Made by a program: the position numbers and the translations under genes
The notes under the pieces: generated by a model
Seen by the model: the letters and a program-made list of their open reading frames with translations, nothing else
What the model was told of the DNA's origin: nothing
Database searches by the model: none
Part shown: positions 1 to 10,082 of the stretch, in pieces
Position numbering within the stretch: the first letter of the stretch is position 1
How the letters are laid out: each line of letters starts with the position of its first letter
Assembly (NCBI GenBank): GCA_944371305.1
Contig: CALVXM010000002.1
Location: 34,661-98,660 of the forward strand
Direction: 5' to 3'
DNA: 64,000 nucleotides
Source: an uncultured Bacilli bacterium
GTDB lineage: Bacteria > Bacillota_I > Bacilli_A > RF39 > UBA660

Positions 1-677
1 GAAGCAATTTTACCTAATTCTGTATCCATCCCAATTGCTGTAACAACAGCTTCTATTTTACCAGAAACTAATATTGTTCCTGAATAAACCATATTTTTTC
101 GTTCAGATATTAAAGCATCTTTTTTTATAATTTCTTCGTTTTTAGAAACACTAGCACTTTCACCAGTTAAAATAGATTCATCAACTTTAGCATAATAACT
201 TTTAATAATCCTAGCATCAGCTGGTATTTTATCACCGGATTCTAAAATAACGTAATCACCTACTACTAAATTTTTAGAGTTAATATCTTTATATTTGTTA
301 TTTCTTTTAACAGTTACATAATTAGCTGAATATTTTTTTAACTTTCCAATAGCATCTTCCGCTTTAGATTCTTGTAGAAAACCCATAAAGCAATTAACCA
401 AAGTTGTTCCTAATATAACAATCGGTTCTAGGAAATCGCTTTTATTAAATATAGAGTATAGCAAAGATAAGATTCCTACTACTAATAACAGAATAACCAT
501 AATATTTTTAAATTGACTTAAGAAAATTTGTAACTTAGTTTTTTTATCTTTTTCAACTAACAGATTTTTACCAGTTAATCGGTGTAATTGTTTAACTTTT
601 TTAGGACTAATACCTTTACCACTAGTATCTAATTCTTTATAAATCTCTTCAATTGTTTTTTTATAAGCGTCTTGCAT
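1..677 (-). CDS. P-type cation-transporting ATPase (Ca2+/cation type), N-terminal part; gene continues beyond window start
   Basis: Reverse-strand translation from ATG at 677: MQDAYKKTIEEIYKELDTSGKGISPKKVKQLHRLTGKNLL..., then TM helices and the actuator-domain TGES motif (ILTGESASV). GGTGGT RBS just upstream. Not in the ORF track because the ORF runs off the window edge. Confidence 0.8.
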   Translation of the reverse strand, partial: MQDAYKKTIEEIYKELDTSGKGISPKKVKQLHRLTGKNLLVEKDKKTKLQIFLSQFKNIMVILLLVVGILSLLYSIFNKSDFLEPIVILGTTLVNCFMGFLQESKAEDAIGKLKKYSANYVTVKRNNKYKDINSKNLVVGDYVILESGDKIPADARIIKSYYAKVDESILTGESASVSKNEEIIKKDALISERKNMVYSGTILVSGKIEAVVTAIGMDTELGKIA

Positions 678-742
678 AATACCACCATAATTATTGTATC
701 ACAAAAAATACATAAGTTGTTAACTTTTAATTTAAATATTAA

Positions 743-767
743 CAAAAAAATGGAGCCTTTCGGCTCC
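743..767 (-). terminator. Intrinsic terminator hairpin inside the 5' leader of the P-type ATPase gene (attenuator or riboswitch expression platform)
   Basis: Minus strand reads GGAGCC-GAAA-GGCTCC followed by ATTTTTTTG. A perfect 6-bp GC-rich stem plus U-tract lies about 65 nt upstream of the ATPase ATG. Confidence 0.5.
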
Positions 768-841
768 TTCAGGGGGTTTGGTTGGGTCAACTCACATGAT
801 ATTGTAGTAAGAGACCCAAGCGTGGATACCACGCAATTATA

Positions 842-870
842 ATTATAAAGAATAACTTTAAAATTGTCAA
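842..870 (-). promoter_or_regulatory. Consensus sigma-A promoter (TTGACA-17-TATAAT) driving the ATPase leader
   Basis: Minus strand: TTGACA (870..865), 17-nt spacer, TATAAT (847..842). A second TATAAT follows directly (841..836). Confidence 0.55.
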
Positions 871-894
871 GATTTTAACAATTAAATCTATAAA

Positions 895-2907
895 TTAATC
901 TAAACTATCCAATTCTTTCAACACATTATAAATATACTGATATTTATCTTGATAATTTTCCATAAATTCTAAACTATCTTCCTTAGCCAGTACAACCATT
1001 TTAAAATCTTTTTTTAAATCTGCTAACTTAAATTGCATATCACCACTTTGTTTAGTTCCAAACAAATCACCGCTACCTCTTAATTTGAAATCAGCTTCAC
1101 TTATTTCAAAGCCGTCGTTAGTTTTAGTTAAAATTTTTAATCTCTCAGCTTCTTGATTACTAATCATAATAAAATAAGATTGTAAATCACTTCGCCCAAC
1201 ACGACCTCTTAACTGGTGTAGAGCAGATAAACCAAAACGGTAACTATCAAAGACAACCATCATTGTTGCATTAGCTACATCAACCCCAACTTCAATAACT
1301 GTCGTACTAATTAAAATTTGAATTTTATTTTCTTTAAAATCATTCATTACAGTTTCTTTTTCTTTATTAGATAATTTACCATGCATTATGCCGACTGTAA
1401 ACAATTTACCAAATGCCAAATTCATTTTATCTTGCAATTTTATTACATTTTCCAATTGTATTTTATCGCTTTCTTCGATTAAAGGAGCAATGACATAAAT
1501 TTGATGACCAAGTTTTAATTGCTCATACATCATCGTTAATACCGCTTTAATTTCACTTTCTTTTTTTAAATAACTAATTACCTCTTTACGACCTGCTGGT
1601 TTAGTTTTGATACTTGAAATATCCATATCACCAAATAAAGTAATCGCATAAGTTCTAGGAATCGGTGTAGCACTCATGTATAAAACATCAGGCATAATTC
1701 CTTTATTCTTTAAATTACTTCTTTGATTAACACCAAACCTATGTTGTTCATCAGTAATAACTAAGCCCAAATTAGCATACTTAACATCTTCACTAATTAA
1801 AGCGTGAGTTCCGATTACAATATCTATTGAACCATCTTCTAATCCAGTATAAATTTCTTTTTTTTCTTTAGCTTTTAATTTACCAGTCAATAAACTAACT
1901 TTAACACTCGGTAAAAGTTTAACTAAATTATTATAATGTTGCCTAGCAAGAATTTCTGTTGGTGCCATCAAAGCACCTTGATAACCAGCCAAATAATTAA
2001 TATACAAAGCAATAAAAGAAACAATCGTTTTCCCGCTTCCTACATCACCCTGTAATAACCGATTCATTCTTTTTTCGCCAGTTAAATCACGATAAATATC
2101 TTGAACAGATTTTTCTTGATCGACAGTCAATTTAAACGGTAAATTATTAATAAATTCTAAAACCTTATCTTTAGATACATCTCTTTTTAATCCTTTTTGA
2201 ATTTTTTTGGATTTCAGATAATTCATTTTTAACATAAAAATAAATAATTCTTCATACTTTAATTTATTAATAGCCAATTTAAGATTATCTAAATTTGTTG
2301 GATTATGAATTTCTTTGATACTTTTATCTTTATCTAAAAAACTATATTTTTCATTTAAATAATCTGGAACATAATCTAAAGTATCGATATCGATACTTCT
2401 AATTATGTTATTTAATTGAGAACTATTAATTCCAGTCGTAACATGATAAACTGGCTCTATTTTAGTCATATCACCTAAAGGAGTAAACTTAATATCGCTA
2501 CAAATAATTAAATTCTTTTTCTTATCAAATTTACCGATAACGGTTAATTTAGTCCCTACAACAATTTTATTTTTAAAAAATCCACGATTAAAAATAGTAA
2601 CTTTCAATATTTTACTACCAACATTCAAATTAAAATCCATTTTATCCTTATGATTTCTTATATAAGTAACAACGGCATTAGTTTCAACAATGCCATCAAT
2701 AATTATTTTATCATTCTGTTCTAATGAATTAAGATCACTTTTTTTTATAATATCATAGCGAAAAGGATAATAAGCTATTAAATCAAAACAATCATTAATT
2801 CCTAATCTTCTTAACGTATTAATCATTTTAGGTCCTATGCCTTTAATATTTTCTAAATTCATAATTTCACCAATATCATTATAGCAAACATATTTTTGTT
2901 TGTCCAT
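895..2907 (-). CDS. recG: ATP-dependent DNA helicase RecG
   Basis: 670 aa with wedge domain, Walker A GDVGSGKT, DEQHRFGV motif and helicase C motifs. GAAGGAAG RBS. Confidence 0.95.
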   Translation of the reverse strand: MDKQKYVCYNDIGEIMNLENIKGIGPKMINTLRRLGINDCFDLIAYYPFRYDIIKKSDLNSLEQNDKIIIDGIVETNAVVTYIRNHKDKMDFNLNVGSKILKVTIFNRGFFKNKIVVGTKLTVIGKFDKKKNLIICSDIKFTPLGDMTKIEPVYHVTTGINSSQLNNIIRSIDIDTLDYVPDYLNEKYSFLDKDKSIKEIHNPTNLDNLKLAINKLKYEELFIFMLKMNYLKSKKIQKGLKRDVSKDKVLEFINNLPFKLTVDQEKSVQDIYRDLTGEKRMNRLLQGDVGSGKTIVSFIALYINYLAGYQGALMAPTEILARQHYNNLVKLLPSVKVSLLTGKLKAKEKKEIYTGLEDGSIDIVIGTHALISEDVKYANLGLVITDEQHRFGVNQRSNLKNKGIMPDVLYMSATPIPRTYAITLFGDMDISSIKTKPAGRKEVISYLKKESEIKAVLTMMYEQLKLGHQIYVIAPLIEESDKIQLENVIKLQDKMNLAFGKLFTVGIMHGKLSNKEKETVMNDFKENKIQILISTTVIEVGVDVANATMMVVFDSYRFGLSALHQLRGRVGRSDLQSYFIMISNQEAERLKILTKTNDGFEISEADFKLRGSGDLFGTKQSGDMQFKLADLKKDFKMVVLAKEDSLEFMENYQDKYQYIYNVLKELDSLD

Positions 2908-2954
2908 ACTTCCTTCTAATAATTATATTATCAAAAAAAGAATCAAAATCCTTG

Positions 2955-3725
2955 TTAACTTTCGATTCTTTTTAATATTTCTTCAGTAGTAATTAAATTT
3001 AGTTTATATTGAAAAACATATTTTTTAATTTCAATTATATTATCACTTAAATCATTAGGTGTATGTGCATCAAAACCAATACAAACTTTACATCCATAAT
3101 TGGCTACTATCTCCCAAAATTTAGGATATGGATAATAAACAATATTTTTATGATACCTATTTAAACGAAATCCTTTAGCATTAATTTCTAATGGCATATC
3201 ATATTTTAAACTCAACTTACATATTTCATGAGCCAAATTAATAGCAATATCATCCCAAATCGGTCTATTTAATAAATAATAATCAGGGTGAGCAAAATAT
3301 AAAAATAACCCTGACTCAAAAGCATTATGAATATCTTTTAATAATAGATCTAGTTCTTCTAAACTACTATAGTTATAACAATCATTATCTTTTAAATAAT
3401 GATGTTGTCCTAAAATTAAATAATCACAATGCTTTTTCAACTCTTTTAATTGTTCTAAATGATTAGAAAAATATTCACATTCAAAACCTGCATATATTTT
3501 TATCTTCTTTTGATATTTTTTCTTTAATTTATCAATTGATTTAAGATATTTTTTATATTCCTTCCATTCCATTCTTTGAATTGGAAAAGATAATTTATAA
3601 TAAGGACAATGATCAGAAAATCCTAATATTTTAAATCGATTATCAATAGCACTGATTACATATTCCTCATCTGTCCCTGATGCATGTCCACATCTAATAG
3701 TATGCGTGTGAAAATTATACTTCAT
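2955..3725 (-). CDS. PHP-family phosphoesterase (histidinol-phosphatase HisK-like)
   Basis: N-terminal HTHTxxCGHA and GFSDHCPY motifs typical of the PHP domain. The track start at 3740 is an alternative TTG; the ATG at 3725 has a GGAGGT RBS. Confidence 0.65.
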   Translation of the reverse strand: MKYNFHTHTIRCGHASGTDEEYVISAIDNRFKILGFSDHCPYYKLSFPIQRMEWKEYKKYLKSIDKLKKKYQKKIKIYAGFECEYFSNHLEQLKELKKHCDYLILGQHHYLKDNDCYNYSSLEELDLLLKDIHNAFESGLFLYFAHPDYYLLNRPIWDDIAINLAHEICKLSLKYDMPLEINAKGFRLNRYHKNIVYYPYPKFWEIVANYGCKVCIGFDAHTPNDLSDNIIEIKKYVFQYKLNLITTEEILKRIES

Positions 3726-3758
3726 AATACCTCCAGTCAAAAAGAAGGATTTACCTTC

Positions 3759-4661
3759 TTATATTTTTAAATATTTGCGAACCGCACGCCATGAACCAAA
3801 CATACCAACTAAAATGCCAATAGCCATTAAAACCAATGAAACAATATAAGTAAATGGCAATGGTGTAATTAATTGAATAAATGGTGACATAATTTGTCCA
3901 TTAAATGAATTATATAAAGCTTCATAACCTATTATAGTAACTAAAATTGGTATAATTGAACCAAATAATCCTAAAAATAAACCTTCTAATATAAACGGTA
4001 TTTTTATATTAATATTTGATGCGCCAACTAAACGCATAATTTCGATTTCTCTTTTTCTTGAAAAAATAGTTATCTTGATAGTATTTGAAATCAAGAATGC
4101 CGTAACAATAATCAAAGCAATTACAACACCATAACTGACTTTTTTAACAATATCAAATACAGATACTAATTGTTCAACCATTCCTTCGCCATATTTAACA
4201 CTGTTAACACCGTCAATTTGCTCAATTTCTTTAGCTACTTCATCAATTTTATTAATATCGGTTACCTTTACTTGAAAAGCATCTAGTAATGGATTATCTT
4301 CCCTATCATCATATTTTTCTAATATACTATTAAAATCACCACTTTCTTCCATCATTTCAGAAGAAATCGTCATTTTATCTTCAAAAGTAAATGACTCAAC
4401 ATTATTAATAAGATTGATTTCATCCTTAATTTCTTCAATCCTTTCAAGTGAAATATCTCTATCTAAAAAGGCAACAATCGTCATGTCTTTTTCAACCGCT
4501 TTAGTAAAATTATTTACATTAAATGATAAAATTATGGCAATTGATACAACCAATAACGTTATTACAATACAAGCAATTGAAGCTAATGAAAGAGAAAAGT
4601 TACGAAAAACACTTTTAAATGCATCACGAATATTTCTTCCTAAAATTCTAAATGCTTTCAT
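3759..4661 (-). CDS. ftsX: Cell-division ABC transporter permease FtsX
   Basis: Four C-terminal TM helices, a large extracellular loop, and a position directly downstream of ftsE. Start chosen at the ATG (MKAFRILGRNIRD) 8 nt after GGAAGGAGA; it overlaps the ftsE 3' end by 14 nt. Confidence 0.85.
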   Translation of the reverse strand: MKAFRILGRNIRDAFKSVFRNFSLSLASIACIVITLLVVSIAIILSFNVNNFTKAVEKDMTIVAFLDRDISLERIEEIKDEINLINNVESFTFEDKMTISSEMMEESGDFNSILEKYDDREDNPLLDAFQVKVTDINKIDEVAKEIEQIDGVNSVKYGEGMVEQLVSVFDIVKKVSYGVVIALIIVTAFLISNTIKITIFSRKREIEIMRLVGASNINIKIPFILEGLFLGLFGSIIPILVTIIGYEALYNSFNGQIMSPFIQLITPLPFTYIVSLVLMAIGILVGMFGSWRAVRKYLKI

Positions 4662-5343
4662 GAACATATTCTCCTTCCTTATAATCTTTAACAATACGAC
4701 CAGAATCTAATAAAATTACACGTTTTTTCATTTTATTAACAATTTCAGTATCATGAGTAACCATAATAATTGTCGTGCCTAATTTATTAATTTCATCTAA
4801 AACCTTCATTATTTCCATACTAGTATTTTCATCCAAATTTCCAGTTGGTTCATCACAAATCAGTAGTTTAGGGCCATTAACTATTGCTCTTGCAATTGCA
4901 ACCCTTTGTTGCTCACCCCCAGATAACTGATTAGGATAATTCTTAGCTTTATGTTTTAACCCGACTAATTCCAATGCTTTTAAAACTTTAGTATGTATTT
5001 CTGAATTTGGTAATCCAAATATTTCCAAAGCAAAAGCGACGTTTTCATATACAGTAGATTTAGGAAGCAATTTAAAATCTTGAAATACTACGCCTATTTT
5101 TCTTCTTATTTTATAAACATTGCGATTTTTCAATTTGCTGACATTAATACCACCTATATTAATAATCCCCTTAGTAGGTTTTTCTTCACGATATAACATC
5201 TTTATCAAAGTTGATTTTCCACAGCCAGTTGAGCCAATAACAAAAACAAATTCACCTTTTTCAATATTTAAACTCAAATCGTATATAGCAGTAACACCTG
5301 TTTTATAGGTCTTTTCAACATTTTTTATTTTTATCAAATCCAT
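4648..5343 (-). CDS. ftsE: Cell-division ATP-binding protein FtsE
   Basis: ABC ATPase with Walker A GSTGCGKST, signature LSGGEQQR and Walker B LLICDEPT; 231 aa. Confidence 0.9.
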   Translation of the reverse strand: MDLIKIKNVEKTYKTGVTAIYDLSLNIEKGEFVFVIGSTGCGKSTLIKMLYREEKPTKGIINIGGINVSKLKNRNVYKIRRKIGVVFQDFKLLPKSTVYENVAFALEIFGLPNSEIHTKVLKALELVGLKHKAKNYPNQLSGGEQQRVAIARAIVNGPKLLICDEPTGNLDENTSMEIMKVLDEINKLGTTIIMVTHDTEIVNKMKKRVILLDSGRIVKDYKEGEYVHESI

Positions 5344-5359
5344 AAATTATTCCCCTTCC

Positions 5360-6223
5360 CTACTTATTTCCGATCACTTCATAAACATCTGATACCATAA
5401 TTAATGCCTTGGGATCAAGTTGTAAAATACCTTGTTTAACCATATAATATTCTCTAGTTGGAACGACACACATAATCATTTTAAGAACATTGCCAGTATA
5501 TCCACCGCGAGCATTCAAAATAGTAACACCATGACTCAATTTACTCAACAAGTATTTTTTTACATCAGTTTCATTTTCAGTTATTACCATAAAAGTTTTA
5601 GATTGTGAAATACCAATCATAACTTTATCAACTAAAGTACTCATAATTGCTACAACTACGATTGAATAAATAACCGTCGAAAAACCAAATGTTAAAAATC
5701 CTAATGTCATAATAACAGCATTGGTCATTATATTACAACTGCCAATTGGTTTTTTTATGCACTTTGAAAGTAACATATTGATAATATCAGAACCACCAGT
5801 TGAATAACCAACTTTATAAACCAATCCCGAACCAAAACCAGTAAGTAAAGCTCCAAAAACAATAGCAACTATTTTTTCAATATTACTAATATCAATATAT
5901 GGAACTAAATATGAAGTAGCCTCAACCAAAAGTGGATATAATATCGAACCAATTATTGATCTTTTAGTTGATTGAAATCCTAAAAATATAAAACTGAAAA
6001 TTAAAACTATAACATAGCTAATCATCAAAAACAACGAAGGCTTAATACCAAATAAATTATTTGTAATAACCGATAATCCACTAAATCCAACAACTATATT
6101 ATTAGGTAACAAAAACAAATTAAAAGCTAAAGCATAAATAGAGGCCCCGATTAATAACATTGCCAAATCCATTAAAGTACTATTTTCTTTAACAATTATC
6201 TTTTTTTTCTTTTTAAACAACAT
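5360..6223 (-). CDS. YitT-family membrane protein (DUF161/DUF2179)
   Basis: Polytopic N-terminal half plus a C-terminal soluble domain; architecture typical of the YitT/YpjC family. Confidence 0.6.
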   Translation of the reverse strand: MLFKKKKKIIVKENSTLMDLAMLLIGASIYALAFNLFLLPNNIVVGFSGLSVITNNLFGIKPSLFLMISYVIVLIFSFIFLGFQSTKRSIIGSILYPLLVEATSYLVPYIDISNIEKIVAIVFGALLTGFGSGLVYKVGYSTGGSDIINMLLSKCIKKPIGSCNIMTNAVIMTLGFLTFGFSTVIYSIVVVAIMSTLVDKVMIGISQSKTFMVITENETDVKKYLLSKLSHGVTILNARGGYTGNVLKMIMCVVPTREYYMVKQGILQLDPKALIMVSDVYEVIGNK

Positions 6224-6224
6224 A

Positions 6225-7314
6225 TTACCTAATTCCTTTCAAACAACTATTAATAAATAAATCAATATTCCCATCTAAAACTTTATCAACACTACTAGTT
6301 TCAACATTAGTCCTTAGATCTTTAACCAATGAATAAGGATGCATAACATAATTACGTATTTGTGAACCAAAATTAATATCAACTTGTTCACCTTTAAGTT
6401 CTTTTAATGTTCTTTCTTTCTTTTCAATTTCTAATTGATATAGCTTATTTTTTAAAATTTCCATAGCTTTTTCTTTATTTTGAATTTGACTACGTTCATT
6501 TTGACAAGTTACAACAATTTTAGTAGGAATATGGGTTATTCTAACTGCTGAATCAGTCGTATTAACACTTTGTCCACCTGCACCAGTACTTCTATAAACA
6601 TCGATTCTAATATCATTAGGCTTAATCTCTATATCAATATCCTCATCTACAATATACGGTGTCACATCGACAGAAGCAAAAGAAGTATGACGTCGTGAAT
6701 TAGAATCAAATGGAGAAATTCTTACCAAACGATGAACACCTTTTTCATTTTTTAAATATCCATAAACATTAATTCCATATATAATCATTGAAACACTTTT
6801 AATTCCTGCTTCTTCACCTTTTTGTTCATCGATAATTTCAAATTTGTAACCTTTTTTTTCACACCATCTAGTATACATGCGATAAAGCATACTAGCCCAA
6901 TCGCAACTTTCAGTTCCTCCAGCACCAGGATGAATTTCCAATACAGCATTATATTTATCATAAGGTCCATTTAATAAAGTTTCTATTTCTAGTTTATCCA
7001 ATTCTTGTTTAATATCATCAATATCACTGATGACAAGCTGCCGTATTTCTTCATCATCAAAACTAATCATCTCTAAATTAGAATTGATCTTATTTTCAAT
7101 TTCTTTTACTTTTTGAACCAATTTTTTTAAAGCATTAACATTATCAATTACTTCAGTGGCTTTATTAGGATTATTCCAAAAATCAACTTGATTAATTATA
7201 TTTTCTTGTTCTTTAATCAGTGCCTCTTTTTTGTCTAATTCAAAGTAACCCCCTTAACTCAACAATCTTACTTTGATAATTTTTATAAATGTTTAACAAT
7301 TCTGCATTATCCAT
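6225..7314 (-). CDS. prfB: Peptide chain release factor 2 with programmed +1 ribosomal frameshift
   Basis: ORF1 is MDNAELLNIYKNYQSKIVELRGLL followed by TGA (7242..7240), preceded by the SD-like AGGGGG. The +1 frame continues LDKKEALIKEQENIINQVDFWNNP... into the 298-aa ORF, which has the GGQ and SPF motifs. Confidence 0.9.
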
Positions 7315-7366
7315 ACCATCACCTATTAATAATTTTATCATTTTTTTTAAGGATTGTAAAATGTTT

Positions 7367-7951
7367 TTAAATATACCTACTTTTATCAATCTTTTTTATT
7401 TTATCTTTATTCACAAAATAAACTTCTTGCGCTAATTCCATAAAAGGTATATCAGATAAAGAATCAGTATAAAACTTATCAATTCTTCTATTTTTAAATT
7501 TCTTTTTAAATATTTTAACTTTGTTTTTTCCAAAACAAATAAAATTAAGTTTTTTTGTTTTTAAATCGAATTCCGTACAAATAATATTTTTAACCTTTAA
7601 ATCATCCTTTATATAATTAATTAAAAAATTAGGACAACCAGTTATAATTAAATCATTTTCATTTAACATCTTTAAAAATTCAGGTTTTAATTTTTTATAA
7701 TTCAAAGCCCAAAATTCTTTAATTAATCCATCATAATTAAACTTAGCATGCTTAAAAAAAGAATTGATCACTTTTTCTACTGTTTTACTGATTTTTTCTA
7801 TTGTTAACAAATTTAATTTATATTCGATTAATCTAAAAAGTACTAAAGGTAAAAACTTAATTAGCCAAATATCCTTTTTGATACAAAACATAAAAAAATC
7901 AAAAACGCTCTCACCGTTATAAATTGTATTATCAAAATCGTACGCATTCAT
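7367..7951 (-). CDS. HAD-superfamily hydrolase
   Basis: DFDNTIY (DxDxT motif I) sits at the N-terminus. The ATG at 7951 is preceded by GGTGAT. Confidence 0.6.
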   Translation of the reverse strand: MNAYDFDNTIYNGESVFDFFMFCIKKDIWLIKFLPLVLFRLIEYKLNLLTIEKISKTVEKVINSFFKHAKFNYDGLIKEFWALNYKKLKPEFLKMLNENDLIITGCPNFLINYIKDDLKVKNIICTEFDLKTKKLNFICFGKNKVKIFKKKFKNRRIDKFYTDSLSDIPFMELAQEVYFVNKDKIKKIDKSRYI

Positions 7952-8042
7952 TTTAATCACCATCTTTTTATTTTACTATATTTATGCATAAATATAAAAT
8001 TGAATTTACTCTGATTGTAAAACTAAAGTCAAAAAAAGAAGA

Positions 8043-8318
8043 TTATTTCTTCTTAATTATAAAATATTTACATTCATAAGCACAATTATCTTTAATATAA
8101 CAATCTATTTTTTTATAATCATTTATATCATTAAACAAAGGATTATTACTATTACAAAATCCTTTCAGTCTTAACTTGTTATAAGCCCAATCACCTAAAA
8201 TATAGTCATAATCCTTAAAATAATCAGTATATCTATTAGTTAATTCATTAAGGTCAAAACCATTTTTATATTCTTTTTCTAATATATATTCTTGATTATC
8301 TAAAATAATTTTCTTCAT
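8043..8318 (-). CDS. YutD-like small protein (DUF1027)
   Basis: 91 aa with a YDYILGDWAYNKLRLKGF block recalled as characteristic of Bacillus YutD. It neighbours a YunB-like gene, as in the B. subtilis yut/yun region. Confidence 0.45.
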   Translation of the reverse strand: MKKIILDNQEYILEKEYKNGFDLNELTNRYTDYFKDYDYILGDWAYNKLRLKGFCNSNNPLFNDINDYKKIDCYIKDNCAYECKYFIIKKK

Positions 8319-8320
8319 TA

Positions 8321-10024
8321 CTAATATTCCTTCCCAAAAGCACTTGAAACTTCGTTATATTTTTCTAAACTAGAACTACCATTCCAAGTCATAAAACCAC
8401 CAGTTAATCCTGCATCATATAACCCACTTATTTGTTTTGCAACCATTGAAGAATCATAATGAGTAGCAGGACTTTTACTCGTATCATAAACTTGAATCCA
8501 AGTTCTAACTATTGCAGGTGTAGGAATTTCTTCTTGTCTCTTTGTAACAAAATCTTCTCCCCATAAATTTAATAAATCATAAGGAATTGTCCAAACTGGA
8601 GTTTCAAAACCATATTCATATTTATAAAAATGATCGGGATATGGCATACCACTTATAACATCAGCAACATTACTAATAGCAGGCCAATATTGACCATAAG
8701 CAGTAACGTAAGTATGCGCAGCCTCGCCAAAAACATCGATTGAAACATAAGCATTATATTTATGAATTTCATCACATACATACATAACGAATCTTTGAAT
8801 AGCTTCTGCTTTATCTTCCTTATAAGTATTATTATAACTGATTTTACCAGCATCTTCTAAAGAACCAACTCGATCTGGAAATCTAACATAATCAAATTGA
8901 ATCTCATTGAAGCCCATTTCTTTTACCGATTCGATAGCTAGGCTCACATTAAATTCCCAAACATCGCGATTATAAGCACTTGGCCAATATGAGCCATCAT
9001 GATTATAAGAATTTCCTGTTGCCGTATCAATAATAGTATCTTCAGGATGATCTTTAGAATAATAACTATCTTTAAAAACAGTAATTCTTCCAATTGCGTA
9101 TAAACCGGCATCTTTTATTTTTTTAATAGCATTTTTATATTCATCATAGCTATTAATTGCTTTATCATAATTAGTTGGAGAATATTCTTTCATAGCATTA
9201 GCAGGATAAGCTGGGCTAGTGTTGTCTTTAATATCTACAACAATCGCATTTATTCCTGATTTCTTAGCTAAATCAATATATTTATCAACATTATTAATAA
9301 CTCCAGCATTCATATACAAAGATCTTACTTCGCTAGGCATAACATTATTTTCAAACTTCGGTTTTTCATAAGGATAATAGTCTAGATTAGCAGCATCACC
9401 GCCACCCCAAGAATCACCTCTTTTTTTATGAATTTGATAATTACCTTCTTCATCATAATTAGCTAAAGCCGCCTCTTCATCATTAACTAAATATTTCCCA
9501 TATACATATCCTTCGTCGTCATTATATTTTACTTTATACATATTGACAGAACCATCTTCATTTAAAAAATCATAATCTAATATCTCAATTTTACTACCTT
9601 TTTTAATTAAACCTTTTATTTTGATACTATCTAAATTTTCGTATAAAGTTAAAGAAGTTCTTACATACATTTCTTTTTCCAAGACAACATCTTTTTCTTC
9701 TTTAGTTAAATTATTAGCCAAAACATAATAGTCAACATTCTGATAATTTATTTTATAATATTCTTGGTCATTATTTATAATTTTATCTTTCAAAATTGTT
9801 ACTTTTACACCTCTATTTATCTTATCTGTCTCATTATAATTCATATCATATAAAGAGACCTGCAATGTATCAGAAGCAATATACATATCATTATTAAACA
9901 CCAAATTTGACACACCTTTAAATAGAGTTTTTAAAATCATAAAACAAATATACGATACAATTAAAACACCAATAATAAAAATAATAACTCGATCAATTCT
10001 TATTTTAGCTCTTTTATGTTTCAT
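8321..10024 (-). CDS. Membrane-anchored putative glycoside-hydrolase-like TIM-barrel protein with SH3b-like repeats
   Basis: N-terminal TM helix, bacterial SH3-like segments, and a C-terminal domain resembling the GHL10/DUF187 family. Start taken at the ATG (MKHKRAKI) with an AGGGTGAAG RBS. Confidence 0.45.
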   Translation of the reverse strand: MKHKRAKIRIDRVIIFIIGVLIVSYICFMILKTLFKGVSNLVFNNDMYIASDTLQVSLYDMNYNETDKINRGVKVTILKDKIINNDQEYYKINYQNVDYYVLANNLTKEEKDVVLEKEMYVRTSLTLYENLDSIKIKGLIKKGSKIEILDYDFLNEDGSVNMYKVKYNDDEGYVYGKYLVNDEEAALANYDEEGNYQIHKKRGDSWGGGDAANLDYYPYEKPKFENNVMPSEVRSLYMNAGVINNVDKYIDLAKKSGINAIVVDIKDNTSPAYPANAMKEYSPTNYDKAINSYDEYKNAIKKIKDAGLYAIGRITVFKDSYYSKDHPEDTIIDTATGNSYNHDGSYWPSAYNRDVWEFNVSLAIESVKEMGFNEIQFDYVRFPDRVGSLEDAGKISYNNTYKEDKAEAIQRFVMYVCDEIHKYNAYVSIDVFGEAAHTYVTAYGQYWPAISNVADVISGMPYPDHFYKYEYGFETPVWTIPYDLLNLWGEDFVTKRQEEIPTPAIVRTWIQVYDTSKSPATHYDSSMVAKQISGLYDAGLTGGFMTWNGSSSLEKYNEVSSAFGKEY

Positions 10025-10082
10025 ATACTTCACCCTAATAAGTAGTATATCACATCTGATTTTTTTATACAATAAACTTATC

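Noticed and set aside
629-832. 67-aa ORF (GTG start) overlapping the ATPase leader
   Set aside because: It lies entirely within the promoter-proximal structured leader, has no RBS, runs across the terminator hairpin and has no protein-like composition. It is most likely an artefact of the AT-rich sequence.
678-894. Assignment of the ATPase leader to a specific riboswitch class (M-box, yybP-ykoY, fluoride, nhaA-I)
   Set aside because: Its length and apparent secondary structure do not match the classes recalled from memory. Without a covariance-model search, a class call would be a guess.
4414-4710. Plus-strand ORF antisense to ftsX/ftsE (and similar antisense ORFs at 5120..5308, 11542..11958, 21144..21542, 23450..23794, 37654..37872, 39188..39547, 40597..41151, 47632..47970, 53610..53846 and others)
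   Set aside because: Each is fully embedded opposite a well-supported conserved gene and has no RBS. Their Ser/Leu/Ile-rich low-complexity translations are typical of antisense frames in AT-rich DNA.
8653-8853. 66-aa ORF inside the glycoside-hydrolase-like gene (same strand, different frame); similarly 6785..6970 inside prfB and 62869..63126 opposite fba
   Set aside because: Embedded out-of-frame ORFs without an RBS inside well-supported genes.
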